Shown here in pieces: positions 1 through 12,986 of a stretch of 64,000 nt of DNA (positions within the stretch are counted from its first letter, which is position 1; each line of letters begins with the position of its first letter). The DNA is taken from contig OX597817.1 in NCBI GenBank assembly GCA_951406725.2, forward strand, positions 113,088,001 through 113,152,000. The letters are read 5' to 3'. Position numbers and translations under genes: made by a program. Origin of the DNA: Octopus vulgaris. Taxonomy: Eukaryota. The notes under the pieces are model-generated. The model worked only from the letters and a program-made list of their open reading frames with translations. It was not told where the DNA came from and ran no database searches.

Positions 1-859
1 TTTTATTCTCTTTTATATTATATTTGCAAAAATTATTTGTCTAAGCATAATCATGTGTTCACTGTACAACCCAAAGTTAGTCATCAATATTTTAAAATTT
101 AAATGTCAAACTGAAAATTTCTAAGCAAACTACACATGGGTTCTTTAAAAGTGACCTTTCTAAATTAGACTAAGATATTGCCACTCTCAGAATCAAATAA
201 TAAAGAGCCAGTCTCACAATCTAATTAGTTCCTGGCAATTAAGATGAAATTAAAATAAAAGAAAGAATACTTAAACTGTGCATATTGCTATGGTTAATAC
301 AATCTCAAAATGAAAATATTAATACAAGGATTATATTTCATTGAAGACACAAAGTATGATGGTAATTACATCAAAGCATCAGTAAGTAGACATAGAACAT
401 CATTAGATGCTCAGATGGTTATCTATCCTCTTTTATATGATATCTTTACAACCACTTCTTTAAATGTAAATATGTTATTCACTGATCATTCATTCATAAG
501 ATAATCAACTATGAATTTAACTTAGATGAGTATTATGTTTAAATTATACTTTCTAAATGGTTTGCTTTGAAAATATTGAATTTTGCCAAATATTTTGGGT
601 GATGGGGATGATGGTGGTGGTGGTAGTGGCAGCAGCTTGGCTACAGACCAATATTTCCTACAATCATATAGGATAGAGACCATCATTTATTTTAAAAACT
701 AACGAGTTTCAAGATTTAACATCTCCTAAATTTTCATTAACAAAGTAATTCTGAAAGATGTACATCTATCTAACTACATGAGTGCTGCAGTTCAAGCACT
801 ACACTTGGAACAATTTAATGTGATAGTTATGAGTAAAGTCAGAAGTAAGTAGTACATAC

Positions 860-912
<53 letters not shown>

Positions 913-1571
913 TGTTTGTGTGTGTATATGTACATATATGTGTGTGTGTATAGATTGTTTGAGGTGATGCACAGATTTTATATATCAAGGAAAAAGGAGG
1001 TAGTCAGTTGAGCTGGTTAGGAAAACAAAAGCAAAAATGATTTACAAACATTTAAAATGTTTATGATGTTCTTGCATTCTTCAATAACTTGCTAATAATT
1101 TTAATCACAATTAGAACTGGATCACCAAACAAGGCTTCACTACCTGGTTGAAGCCATTTCACTTTACTCACCAATGTGAAACCCATGAACTTTATTGAAT
1201 CTCATTCCTGTTTTCTATAAAACTTGAGACTTTGTGCTTAAGTAAAAACAGCCATTCTTTATATTTTCTATTTACTTCCCTATAAATTGATCAGGTGAAG
1301 TTTCTTACATATACATATATACGGAATGTGTGAGTGCATGCGCATGTGCATGTGTGTGAATGTGAGAGAGAAAGAGTGTGTGCATGAACATATGTATTGT
1401 TTGATTATATCACTTATCTTTCTTACTTGTAGATTGATGGGATGTGAAATAGCCTGAGTTCATATGCAAAATTAATTTATTCTGTTTCATTTACTGAGTT
1501 CTTTTCATTTTATTTGTAAAGTTATCTTATTAAGCAGAACTACTTTCAAACACAATTATATATACACCATT

Positions 1572-1613
<42 letters not shown>

Positions 1614-1614
<1 letters not shown>

Positions 1615-1760
1615 TGGAGGTATGTGATCTAATAGATAGGTGTTTGGCTCATGATCATGATGTCACAGGCTCCATTCCTGGACTGGACAGTGCATTGTAT
1701 CCTTGAGCAAGACACTTCATTTCATACTACTTCAGTCAGCTCAGTTGAAAATGCATACCA
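1614..1760 (+). mobile_element. Degraded tRNA-derived SINE head and core
   Basis: Starts GTGGAGG after a (TG)n tract. A/B-box-like region is followed by TCCTTGAGCAAGACACTTCATTTCA, matching the younger copy at 53733-54072. Confidence 0.6.
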
Positions 1761-1949
1761 AACCAGGGTTTGTAGAGTTTTCTCTTCCTCAGGCTATCAC
1801 ATCCTGGACCTACCACTAAATTAAAGAATGGAAAATTCAAGGTGTTTATACCTGCTCATAACTACACTGGTATCTAAAATGACTAGTGAAAGCATAGTAC
1901 ATTTTTAAAAAGCCATGCTCATTCACAGGTGATAGCTAGCATTTTTTGC

Positions 1950-2000
1950 ATGTGTATGTGTGTGCGTGCATACACACACACATACATACATACATACACA

Positions 2001-2047
<47 letters not shown>

Positions 2048-2088
2048 GTATGTATGTATATATATGTATATATATGTATGTATATATA

Positions 2089-2132
<44 letters not shown>
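1950..2132. repeat. Compound (TG)/(CA)/(TACA)/(TA)n microsatellite, one of dozens in the window
   Basis: Seen directly. It explains the YI/TH/CV-rich ORFs at 1923-2263. Confidence 0.97.
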
Positions 2133-2135
<3 letters not shown>

Positions 2136-2220
2136 CGTTTTTGGATTTGGTTTACAATATTCTTTATATGAGTTCATGTGTTGAAGCTAGAAAATTACTC
2201 TCCCCAGACACAACAGTGTG

Positions 2221-2265
<45 letters not shown>

Positions 2266-2459
2266 AATCCCTCAAAGAGACGAGAGTGTTAAATCAATAG
2301 TTCTCATCCAAATTCTGACCCAGGCCACTTCCTTTTTCTTAATATATAAAATCTGTATACCACTTCAAACAATTTATACATACATAATCATATATATATA
2401 TCATCATCATCATTTGATGACGATGTTATATATACTACACATGTATACATACATATATG

Positions 2460-2493
<34 letters not shown>

Positions 2494-4499
2494 AACAGTG
2501 TTGTTTAGCCCCATGTCAACTTTGCTCAAACATGCTTGTTATAAAAGCATTCCACACATGGCTATCCTGTCCTTTTAGGGTTATGTAAAACTACATTATC
2601 TAGTATATCTTTCAGGTTGTGTAATTATGCGGAGGCTTACACATTGATTCAGTGTGTGTATGTATATGTTTTTGTGTTCATTTATATACACATATAATTA
2701 AGCTTTTAGATCAGGTAGAAGACACTGTCTGCTCATGAACAATTCTTGATATCTTCTTTAAGTGATATATATTTATATTTGTCATGGAATTTTCTTGGGA
2801 GAATAAAAATATAGTTTTTCCATTGCTTTCCTTCTTCAAGTATTTGTTAGAAACTACCATCTTGTCAGCTAGATAAGATGAGTTTGCTACATCTGCCTGT
2901 GTACTCAGAACATAGAAGGCAGTATAAATGGTCATCAGATGGTCTAACAATTCTGCCAGTCTACTCTCCTGGACTTGCACTTTATTTTATCAACCTTGGG
3001 TGGATGTAAAGCAAAACTGATTTTGGCTGGACTTGAACTCAGAATATAAAAAGCTGAAACAAATATTACAAGGTATTTTATTTGATGCTCCAATATATTG
3101 GTAAGGTGTATTATACTAACGGCATGGTAACTAGCTAAAACCACACAGACAAACAGACACACAGATAGATTCATACATGCATAAACACACAGATGAAATA
3201 CCATACTTCATAGACTCATCAAACTTATTCTTAAATTGCAGAAGATAAGTGAACTGAACCGAAATAAAAAGAAAAATTGGTAAAATCAAAAACAAGAAAA
3301 ATCACACTATATATTTACTAGTCTTTTCTCTTGATTATACCATGAAAAAAAACCTATCCACCTGTGTTACCTGTTCATTTCAAGGAATAGCAGCTGTAGC
3401 TTGAAGTGCTGGTTAGACAATCTTGATCTACTTCCACTCCATTGGTTAAATGGTGAAGCAATGAAACTTTCTCTGTGTCATAATGCTTAATGCTTGCTAT
3501 GTAGCAGTTGATTTATGATACTCTAGTACTTAGGAAAGCATGAGTTGATGCTGATATAAGACAAAAAAAGAAATAAATAATAATAACAATGTTCAAGATG
3601 ATGATGATGATGATGATAATAATCATAATGTAAGGAACCTATGTAATTTAGCTATTGTATGCTTGCTTTATTTCTCAAGCAGGAACAAATAATTTTTTTA
3701 TTTCTTTATTGGGTTTTATGCATTTGTTTGTGTGTGTGTGTGTCAGAAAAAGAGAGCATATTTGTGTTTGGTTGTTTGTGTGCACATATGTGTGACTGGT
3801 TGTTTGTGTGTAATTACATGTATGTCTGCTTGAGTGTTTGTGAGAAAGAGAAAGGGAGAGAGCGATAAAGAATTAAAGATCATTTGAAGGCTTCTGATAT
3901 CTAATATTTTTCAATCTAGTAAGAAAATATCAGTAATACAGATACACTCTATCTGCTCTATCTAGATCAGCTGTTATATACTTATCAAGATTTTTTTCTT
4001 AGATCACGCATACACACATGCACGCATGCACACACATGCATACATACACACCAGACATTTTTTTTCAAATAATTGCTATCATGCAATACATCAATTGTCT
4101 TTGTAAAGAGTTCTCTTGATCTCTTGTCTTCTACTAAATCACCACTACCATCACCATCTCCATTATGTTTCAACCAATACCACATCACAATATTCATAAT
4201 AATAATCATTATTAAACTCACCACCAACACCAATATCTGCTACATTGCCATCAATATTTCAACCTTCACCACCATCATGAATATTTTGTAACAAACATGC
4301 TTGGAGTGTTGCATCCAGGTCAAATACTCTGAAGAAATTGTTCAAGTTCTTCATGTTTTCAGTTCAAATTATATTGAATTCAACTTGGCCATCCATCAAT
4401 TCACAGTTAATAAACGAAAGTACCAGCCAAGTACTAAAATTCATATTATTGACTGTTCCATTCCCCCAGATTTTAGAACTTCTATCTAACTAATAAAAC

Positions 4500-5143
4500 C
4501 ATCATCATCATCAACATCATCCAATAGTCCTATTCGTATAGTGTTCTTCTTTCAGTACACTACTTAGTGCAACACTACACACCTTGGGCATTTTCTGTGT
4601 TTGGTTTTGTTTTGAAAATCCTCTATGTAATATATGGTCAATGCCCAGAATTGCTTAATTTATTCGCAACTCCTTGCATTCGAGTTATGCAATTGTCTGT
4701 TTGCTATTTCATTCTATCCAGGTTGCCTATTCTTATTTGAATTGTTTCTGCTTTCACTTCCTATGTTCCATTTCCAAGTCTTTCTATATGGATAATTTCT
4801 CCAATTCTTTTGGAGATACATTATCATCATTTGGGATTGATACTTTGATTACAAGACACTTCCTTTTCTGATTATTCTTAACAACAGTATCCAGCCAATT
4901 AGCCTTGATCTCCCTGTCTCTTTGGATTATCATATCCCAGAGGATGTTACCCATTCATTCTCTGAGGCTTTTTCTGCTGTATGTTTACCATCTCTTTTCT
5001 ATTGGTAAATACCAACAGTGTTCAAATGCATACTCTCCCACCAATTTCTGTCATGCCTGCAGACATATTCACTTAGACAGAAACAAGGTGGTTAATTGAT
5101 TTTTTCCCCCCAATATCCACATATTCTGCTGATATGTAGTCTT
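4500..5143 (-). mobile_element. 3' fragment of an R4/Dong/NeSL-like non-LTR retrotransposon (RLE endonuclease region), inverted copy
   Basis: 4774-5143 is the reverse complement of 5623-6003 and continues towards a (GAT)n-like tail near 4500. Confidence 0.7.
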
Positions 5144-5622
5144 CCTCATTACATATTTTAAAGAGGCAGTGTGATGGTTGAAAGGCTTTGATTCTGTGTT
5201 GCAAGAAAGAATCTTTCAATCTCAACTTTATGTCCTTCACTTCTCAGCCAGTGATACCGTTTTCTTTTATTTCTACCCTTTGCAGTTTTACAGATATTGG
5301 GGCCCTGTAGGGGATTTTCTTGTCATATCTTTAGTATGGTGTTTTATGACTCCATTTTTAACCTTTCCAAAGTTTTTTTTTTGTCCTTTTCTCCTCACAG
5401 TTGTCTGTCCCTTCAGCTTTTCTTTTTCTTTTTGCTTTGTATTTGTTGGCTTTCTTGTGGGTTGTTCTGATCAAACTTAGTTTAAGGTTTCTCAACTCTA
5501 GGGGTATGTTTTATTTATATTTTATTTATTCCTATATATAGGCATAGGTGGGTGGTAAGAAGTTTGCTTCCCAACCACATAGTTCCAGGTTTAGTCCTAC
5601 TGTGTGGCCCCTTTGGCAAAGC

Positions 5623-6003
5623 AGACTACATTAAACATCTGCAGAATATGTGGATGTTGGGGAAAAAAATCAATTAACCACTTTGTGAATATGTCTGCAG
5701 GCATGACAGAAATTAGAGGGAGAGTATGCATTTGAACACAGGAAATTAGGCCAACATTATGTGGTATTTACCAATAGAAAAGAGATGGTATAAACATACA
5801 GCAGAAAAGGCCTCAGAGAATGAATGAGTAACATCCTCTGGGATATGATAATCCACAGAGACAGGGAGATCAAGGCTAATTGGCTGGATACTGTTGTTAA
5901 GAATAATCAGAAAAGGAAGTGTCTTGTAATCAAAGTATCAATCCCAAATGATGATAATGTATCTCCAAAAGAATTGGAGAAATTATCTGTGTATAAAGAC
6001 TTG
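5623..6003 (+). pseudogene. R4/Dong/NeSL-like retrotransposon restriction-like endonuclease fragment
   Basis: Translates to a CRICG Zn-knuckle start, then NILWDMIIHRDREIKANWLDTVV..KCLVIKVSIPNDDNVSPKELEKLSVYKDL. This resembles the RLE motif ILWD..QTD....NRPDIVV....C.LID...P.D......E.EK..KY..L. Confidence 0.75.
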
Positions 6004-6064
6004 CTTGACTGCTAAATCCACAAGTTTTTTTTTAAATTCTTTTTCTGTTTATATTCTCTTATTC

Positions 6065-6100
6065 CTTTCTGTTGAAGAGCATAGGCTGGAAACACAAAAG
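6065..6100 (+). ncRNA. Degenerate minimal hammerhead-like motif (CUGUUGA core) in a PLE-type remnant
   Basis: cttt-CTGTTGA-a-gagc atag gctg-GAAA-caca-aaag. Stem I cttt/aaag, stem II gagc/gct(g). Related copies at 16051, 30401 and 56957. Confidence 0.5.
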
Positions 6101-6189
6101 AGTTTTTCACTTTCCAGAGCATCAAACTAATACACCTACTTATTATTCACACACCTGTCTTCGTCTTTTGTTTTTCTATAAATTTCTAC

Positions 6190-6510
6190 TGTCTTCTACT
6201 ATAGCTTTGTGAGTGGATTTGGTAGACAGAAACTGAAAGAAGCCTGCATGACAGACAATTGGAAAAGGCATTGCAATGGATGTGGTATGTGTGTGTGTGT
6301 GTGTCTCTCTCTTTTTATCTGTGTTTATTCCCCGACACCACTGCTTTTGATGTGTTTACGTCCGCATAACTTAACGGTTTGACAGAAGGGACTGAAAGAA
6401 TAAGTACCAGACTTTAAAAAAAGTACTGAGGTTGATTCATTTGACAAAAAAAAATTCTTCAAGGCAGTGCTCCAGCATGGCCACAGTCTGAAACAAGTAA
6501 GAGACAAAAG
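6190..6510 (+). mobile_element. Body and tail of the abundant tRNA-SINE family (head at about 5540-5620, separated by insertions)
   Basis: GTGAGTGGATTTGGTAGAC..AAACTGAAAGAAGCC, an internal (TG)n, and the 3' GGCAGTGCTCCAGCATGGCCACAGTC match the full copy at 62755-63157. Confidence 0.8.
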
Positions 6511-6529
6511 ATATTCATATATTAATTGT

Positions 6530-6995
6530 GCTAGCGGGGTGCAAAGAGCACCATACAAGTGTGATCATTGACAGAGTTGCTATTCGAGTATGATCATTAC
6601 CAGTGTCGCCTTACTGGCACTTATGCCTGTGTTAGTAGGGTGCCAAGAACATCCGAGCGTGATCATTGCCAGAGAAGCCAACTGGCTTCCGTACCCGTGG
6701 CACGTACAAGGGTACCATTCGAGCGTGATCATTACCAATGTCGTTTCACTGGCACGTGTAAAAAGATTCGAGTGAGGTCATTGCCAGTACTGCCTGACTG
6801 GCCCCCATGTCGGTGGCATGTAAAAAGCACCCACTACACTCTCGGAGTGGTTGGCGTTAGGAAGGGCATCCAGCTGTAGAAACTCTGCCAGATCAAGATT
6901 GGAGTCTGGTGCAGCCATCTGGCTCGCCAGCCCTCGGTCAAAATCATCCAACCCATGCTAGCATGGAAAGCGGACGTTAAACGATGATGATGATG
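6530..6995 (+). mobile_element. RTE-clade LINE 3' UTR fragment with ~60-bp internal repeats and (GAT)n tail
   Basis: GGTTGGCGTTAGGAAGGGCATCCAGCTGTAGAAAC...GGACGTTAAACGATGATGATG. The same tail is physically linked to RTE RT sequence at 38190-39030 and 46310-46935. Confidence 0.8.
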
Positions 6996-7576
6996 TGCAA
7001 ATTAAAAGACAAGAAACTAATTTGTCCCAATGTATTGTATAATGTCCTTGCTCCATCCCTTGTTTTTAACGCTCTACGTATGTAAATCTGAATGCCTTTG
7101 TAACCCTGCTTTATAGTATGTTGTTGTGTGCTTAGTGGCATTTTATCCCACTTTATGTTCTGAGTTCTAATTCCACCAAGGTTGACTTTGCCTTTTGTCT
7201 TTTCAAGGTCGATGAAATATATACCAATTGTATACTGACTAGCCCCATTGCTTTTATTATTATTAAGACAAGCTAGCATAATTGCACATAAGTGGCATTT
7301 CTTCTAGTTCTTTGTTTAGTATTAAATTCCACTGCATAGTGGTACTGAACCCAAGACCATATGGTTGGGGAGAAAGCTTCTCAACCTGCATAATTTTTTT
7401 TTTTTTACTTTAAGGTAAGCATCTAAAATTTGAGTGAGAGCTAGCTGTTACTTCTAGCCAGTGAAACAACTGCATAAAGATTCCCTGATTAGATGGGCAA
7501 AATACCGTTAAGCATTTTGCCATTTTGCCCGGCATGCTAATGACTCTGCTAGCTCGCCACCTTAATAATAATAATA

Positions 7577-7607
<31 letters not shown>

Positions 7608-8224
7608 TAGTAATAATAATAATAATAATATACAGTAGTACCTACAGTAGCTGATCTTCTCACCTTTTCTCCAGATTTGAAACAAGTTGCTTGTTGTACA
7701 CCAGAAATATGCCATAGATGTTTGACATCTAAAGAGCTTTCTGCAGAGTCTAGTTCTCATACAACAGGCACTGTTATCAAACTGACATGCAAGGGGATAT
7801 GCAAGGGAACTGTTTAAGTATCCTCAAAACTACCTTATAATTTGATCCAAACCATTGTGGTGTTTATATATGTTGCTTCCTGCAACCCTGAACCATTAAA
7901 ATTTGTCTATCAGTAATTGGTTCTTACAATGCCTCCTCCTCTTTCAGCATGCTTTTCTGTCCTGATGATGATGATGATGATGATGGTGATGGTGATGGTG
8001 ATGGTGGTGGTGATGGTGGTGGTGATTGTGATGAGGATGATGATGATGATGATTGTTTCAAAATTTGGCAGAAAGCCTGTGATTTTGGAGGAAGTGGGGT
8101 TTAGTTAATTCTATTGACCCCAGTACTTGACTGATACATTATTTTATTGACCCCAAAAGGTTGAAAGGCAAAAGTTTATACTTACACTCACACTCTCTCA
8201 TGTGCACACACACACACACACACA

Positions 8225-8452
8225 TCATCATCATTGTCGTCATTGTTTAATATCTGCTTTCCATGCTGGCATGGGTTGGATGATTTGACAAGGTCCAGTG
8301 GAAAGCAGAAGTTGTGCCAAGCACATGTGTCAGCTTTGACATGGTTTCTACAGCTGGATGCCCTTCCTAACAACAATCACTTTACAATATGTACTGGGTG
8401 TTTTTTTTCTTGTACCACTAGCACTAGTTAAGTTGCCAAGTAACTTGCAAGA
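8225..8452 (-). mobile_element. RTE-clade LINE 3' tail copy
   Basis: (CAT)n followed by TTTCTACAGCTGGATGCCCTTCCTAA. Confidence 0.75.
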
Positions 8453-9115
8453 CAAAGTAAAAAAGATAAATGGTAAAAGCCCCCTCATTTGAGTTCGTCT
8501 GAGAGATGGGGAAGGTGACTCTATGCTAAGTGTTGAAGGCTAAAGTAAAATGGAAGGTAAAATACAGGTGACTTGCCATTGTCATCCAACAACATAAATG
8601 ACCAGTATATTTTAATGACTTATAGAAATATGAAAAGCATATGTGATCCTATAGCATTTGAAGCCTGAACAATGAGGTACCTCAGCATAATTGCTTAATT
8701 AGTATAAATTAAGTTATATACATAAAACACAAAGTAATAACAGAGCATCCAAATAGATTTGCTATTAGAATAGATTAAGAGATTGATACACTGCTTGCTG
8801 TGCTTTGGAGTGTGTGTGTTAAGTCTTATAATAACTATTACATTATTGGGAGATACATTATTGACCAGAGCCCTTCAAGCACACAACAATCTATTCTGGC
8901 AACTGTTTTTCTCCACATAGGATAACATTTGTTTTGTTATTTTCTTATCATAGTGTGTCAATTTCTTTCTCTTTTTTTTTGTAACTAATAGCTCTTGCAT
9001 TGCTTCTCTAACAAGGACTTTCCAGTTGGGTATTTTATGACAATTTTTCATAATATCAGCTCTAATGTTATGAAAATGTTTGATTGACCAACATTACTTG
9101 CAATTTACTGAGATG

Positions 9116-9186
<71 letters not shown>

Positions 9187-9544
9187 TTGTGATGTGAAAG
9201 TGAGTGATGCAACAGATATTGTTGTATTTTAGGATGGTAATTTTTTTTTTTGTTTTTTGCCAAATAAACATGCACACTATATATTCATTCTTCACTCGTT
9301 TATTACTCTTCTTATTTTCACTCATATCCATTGTCCATTCTACCAGAATGGACAAAGCAGAGCAGGAACACACACAAGGATGCAAAGTGTCACTGAAGAG
9401 GTCACAGATGTGTGACAAAAGATTTCCAGACAATGGACTTGAGTTAAAATAAAAACAGTAATAAACAAGTGAAGAACAAATATATAGTGCATGTGTTTAT
9501 TTGGCAAAGAAAAAAAAAGAGAGACTATCCCGAAATACAACAAT

Positions 9545-9585
<41 letters not shown>

Positions 9586-9589
9586 CATA

Positions 9590-10456
9590 CAGGGTGCAGT
9601 GGGTAAATTGTTGCCATTTTATATTTTTAATTTCACGTATGCACATTGTTTGTTTTTGATTTTGATGACTACACAGTATAGTAGAGTAAGTTGGGCACTG
9701 TCTGTGAGAAAAATAGCACCATGACACAATTCACTCAGGCAGAAGTTTGGAAACAACCTGCTGTACTGCTTGGCATTCATGCTGGAAGCTCCAATATGAA
9801 CATTTCAGAGTGTTGAGTGTCAATCTGAGGACATGTACTGAAAGTGATAAAAATCAAGCTTCCAATCAAGATCATGGTGTTTGGAGTGATCACTGATGAC
9901 AACGACATTATGCCTCCATTCATCTTCCCACATGGCTTCAGATTCCACACAGAAGTTTACATCAAGTACCTGGAGGAGGTAGTGCTGTCCTGGATCAAGA
10001 GGGTGGTTGCTGGAAGACCCTATGTCTGGCAACAGGACTCGGCACCATGCCACACAAGCAAGAGAACCCAGTCATGGCTGTCAGACAATTTCTGTGACCA
10101 CATTACCCCTAACATCTGGCCACCTAACTCCCCAGACTGCAACCCCCTTGATTATTATGTGTGGAGCACAGTTGAGCAAGAGACCAACAAAACACCTTGT
10201 AACACCAAAGATGAACTGTGGGGAAGGATTATGGCAACATTCAGTAACTTAAACAAGGAGACCATCCAGAAGAGTTGCAGGGATTCCAAAGTCGTTTGGA
10301 GGTCATGGTTGAAACCAATGGTGATTTTATTGAATAAATTTACTCCTTAGTATTTCAAGATATTTTTATGTAATTTTGGTAAATATATCTGTTAAAATGA
10401 GATGTCAGTGTTATTTTCATTTTTGCATAATTTAGATGACAGTTTATTCACTGCAC
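9590..10456 (+). mobile_element. Internally deleted Tc1/mariner-superfamily DNA transposon, DD37D (maT) type
   Basis: Left TIR TA|CAGGGTGCAGTGGGTAAATTGTTGCC. Right end GATGACAGTTTATTCACTGCAC is a degenerate inverted copy. ORF 9844-10350 has WQQDSAPCH...WPPNSPDCNPLDYYVW with 37 residues between the last two Asp. Confidence 0.9.
9844..10350 (+). pseudogene. DD37D transposase, C-terminal catalytic fragment
   Basis: Motifs MVFGVI, QQDSAPCH and SPDCNPLDY are present. The first catalytic Asp and most of the DNA-binding domain are missing; only an N-terminal stub remains at about 9721-9815. Confidence 0.88.
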
Positions 10457-11782
10457 ATACTTACATATATATGTATGCATATGTGGGCACAGGACATCAC
10501 AGAATGTAAACAACAAAAAATATGAAAATATGAAATATGAATAGCTGGAATATGAACTTTTTTTGCGAACAACGGAAACAAATGGAAAACAAGACATGCA
10601 ACATAAAGAACGACCCTTCATCAGATGTCAGCTGTTTTTCTAATCTGCATTTCAAGCATTTCTTGACAAGATACACCTTCGATAAAACAGTTGCTCCCAC
10701 AAAGCAAATTAAATAAAATTTGGGATTTTGCGGAGAGTCAAAATTGGTAACAAAAACAGGACAGTGAAAACAAACAGGAAGGGCTGCTAAGCCTAAATGA
10801 AGTGAGGTAGTGAACGTGAAGAAGCAAGCTTGGACAGGAGACAGACAAGAATATGTCTGATTCTTCCAGCTGTATCAGGAGGAAAGAAAGAAACACAAGT
10901 TAGGGAAAGAAAGAAAGATGGGCAATAGTCACATGGGAGCCATGAGAGAGCAAAGGAGGAAGAGTGAGGGAAAGAGAGTGACAGACAAAGAACAGCGAAG
11001 GAGAGAGAAAAAATTAGAGAAAGGATAAGATAGAAAAAACAAGAGGGGGACAAGGGGAGAAAACGAAAGAGTGATAGAATAATAGAGTACTAGAAGAGAC
11101 AAAATGAAAAATATTTTTATATATTTAGAATAATAAGGTTGTCAGAATGTTGGTTGATTATATATGTATTTTTTATTTACATTTTATTTACACTTTTAGT
11201 GCTTTCTTCCATTATCGGATTTATCAAAAAGTGGTTTAAAGTTAGATTTCTTGGCTTTTTTATATATAATTTTTTTTGTGGGGTTTGCCAAGCAAGAGAA
11301 AAGAAAGAAGAATTTTTTTTCTGAGAAGGAGGGGGGGGTAAAGAGGTGTGGCTTTTGTATTGGTATGGTCAGACAAGTCTGACCATCCTTGTTTGTTCAG
11401 TACTTAGTGACCTTTTAGGGTGGGGAAGGAAAAAGAGTTTTTGTATTTGAATTGGTCAAGGTTTTAATTGTTGTTTTTGACTTTCTTCAGTATAAATTAT
11501 AATTGCATTTTGATGTCTTGTTTCTTTATATTTTTGTATTCATTAATGTTGGGGATGTAAAGAGTGTGGACAAATTTTTGTAGTAGACAAGGTTCTTAAT
11601 TGAAAAACCAGATGCTATTTTTGAGTTTCTTCAGTAAAGATTATAATTGCAGTTCCAGGTCTTGTTTTTTATTCTTTTGTATTCATTAAAGAATAGTTGT
11701 ATGGATGTGGTCAACTTTTTTTATTGAAATTCTAAATGTTTTCGAAAGAGTGATTTTTGAGTTCACTATACACTCACATACC

Positions 11783-11835
<53 letters not shown>

Positions 11836-12026
11836 GGCTTAGTAAAATAAATTACTTTGCCACATACTGAACTCATTAGAAATAGCAGCTAAAAATTTTT
11901 TTTTTTTTTTTTTTTTTAACTATTTCTAATACTTAAAGAAAATCTCTCTCATATAGTGTTTGCTCAAGTCAACTCACAAAAGTATGAGGGTAAAAACATT
12001 AAAACATCACAAATGCAAAGGTTATT

Positions 12027-12078
12027 TGAGAACGTACGTTTCTAGATTAGTCAAATCGACATTTCTTTCGTCAGCTCA
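12027..12078 (-). ncRNA. Minimal type I hammerhead ribozyme motif, intact core
   Basis: Minus strand reads ugag-CUGACGA-aagaaaugucgauuugacuaaucua-GAAA-C-GUAC-G-UU-cuca. Stem I ugag/cuca, stem II aga/ucu plus gucg/ugac, stem III closed by the palindromic GUAC loop typical of PLE dimer-type hammerheads. Confidence 0.75.
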
Positions 12079-12638
12079 GAATTCTTTGGTTCGGATTTGG
12101 GAACACTGAAAGCGGGAGCATACCCTCTCAGCTTCCTATCACTTCTGAAGATCTGCTCGGACTATCAGTGTTAGCAAATTCAAAATATGCAAGCGAAGAA
12201 TTTCTGCTCTCCCCTTTCCACCAGCGTGGGTTAAAATTAGTAAACACTTTGTTTTATCGGTAAAGACCGAAACATTACATAGAGAGAGATGAATTATAAT
12301 TTCAACAATTGAGGGTAAAATTAATTAATTATTAATCAATTTTACCAAGTATTCAGTATGTAAAGGGACCATTTAAGGCGAATTCAAATTATTACATTAT
12401 ATAAAAGGGCTTAGTAAAATAAATTACTTTGCCACATACTGAACTCATTAGAAATACCGATAAAACAAAGTGTTTACTAATTTTAACCCACGCTGGTGGA
12501 AAGGGGAGAGCAGAAATTCTTCGCTTGCATATTTTGAATTTGCTAACACTGATAGTCCGAGCAGATCTTCAGAAGTGATAGGAAGCTGAGAGGGTATGCT
12601 CCCGCTTTCAGTGTTCCCAAATCCGAACCAAGGAATTC

Positions 12639-12690
12639 TGAGCTGACGAAAGAAATGTCGATTTGACTAATCTAGAAATGTACGTTCTCA
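12639..12690 (+). ncRNA. Minimal type I hammerhead motif, inverted second copy (C15.2 changed to U)
   Basis: TGAG-CTGACGA-AAGAAATGTCGATTTGACTAATCTA-GAAA-TGTACG-TT-CTCA. Confidence 0.7.
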
Positions 12691-12986
12691 AATAACCTTT
12701 GCATTTGTGATGTTTTAATGTTTTTACCCTCATACTTTTGTGAGTTGACTTGAGCAAACACTATATGAGAGAGATTTTCTTTAAGTATTAGAAATAGTTT
12801 AAAAAAAAAATAAAAAAAATTTTTTTAGCTGCTATTTCTAATGAGTTCAGTATGTGGCAAAGTAATTTATTTTACTAAGCCCTTTTATATAATGTAATAA
12901 TTTGAATTCGCCTTAAATGGTCCCTTTACATACTGAATACTTGGTAAAATTGATTAATAATTAATTAATTTTACCCTCAATTGTTG

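Noticed and set aside
346-845. Short open stretches ending in GTAAGT donors (about 346-380 and 746-844)
   Set aside because: Acceptors are weak and the peptides are unrecognisable, so exons cannot be supported without transcript data.
1923-2263. ORFs rich in YI/TH/CV/LS repeats (also near 9.1-9.7, 14.7-15.4, 24.4-24.8, 26.9, 30, 38-39.7, 50.5 and 54.5 kb)
   Set aside because: These are translations of stop-free dinucleotide and tetranucleotide microsatellites, not proteins.
2711-2980. 89-aa minus-strand ORF with ordinary composition
   Set aside because: No recognisable motif, and its start abuts a SINE fragment.
7675-7817. Good acceptor (TTCTCACCTTTTCTCCAG) followed by a Cys-rich 46-codon frame ending in TAA
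   Set aside because: No recognisable domain and no linked upstream exon. It may be chance.
10612-10662. Minus-strand GAAA ... CUGAUGA arrangement suggesting a type II hammerhead in a PLE-like remnant
   Set aside because: I could not form convincing stems I and III.
11365-11386. 10-bp palindrome ATGGTCAGAC-AA-GTCTGACCAT
   Set aside because: Too short and isolated to assign a function. It probably marks a small inversion junction in a decayed element.
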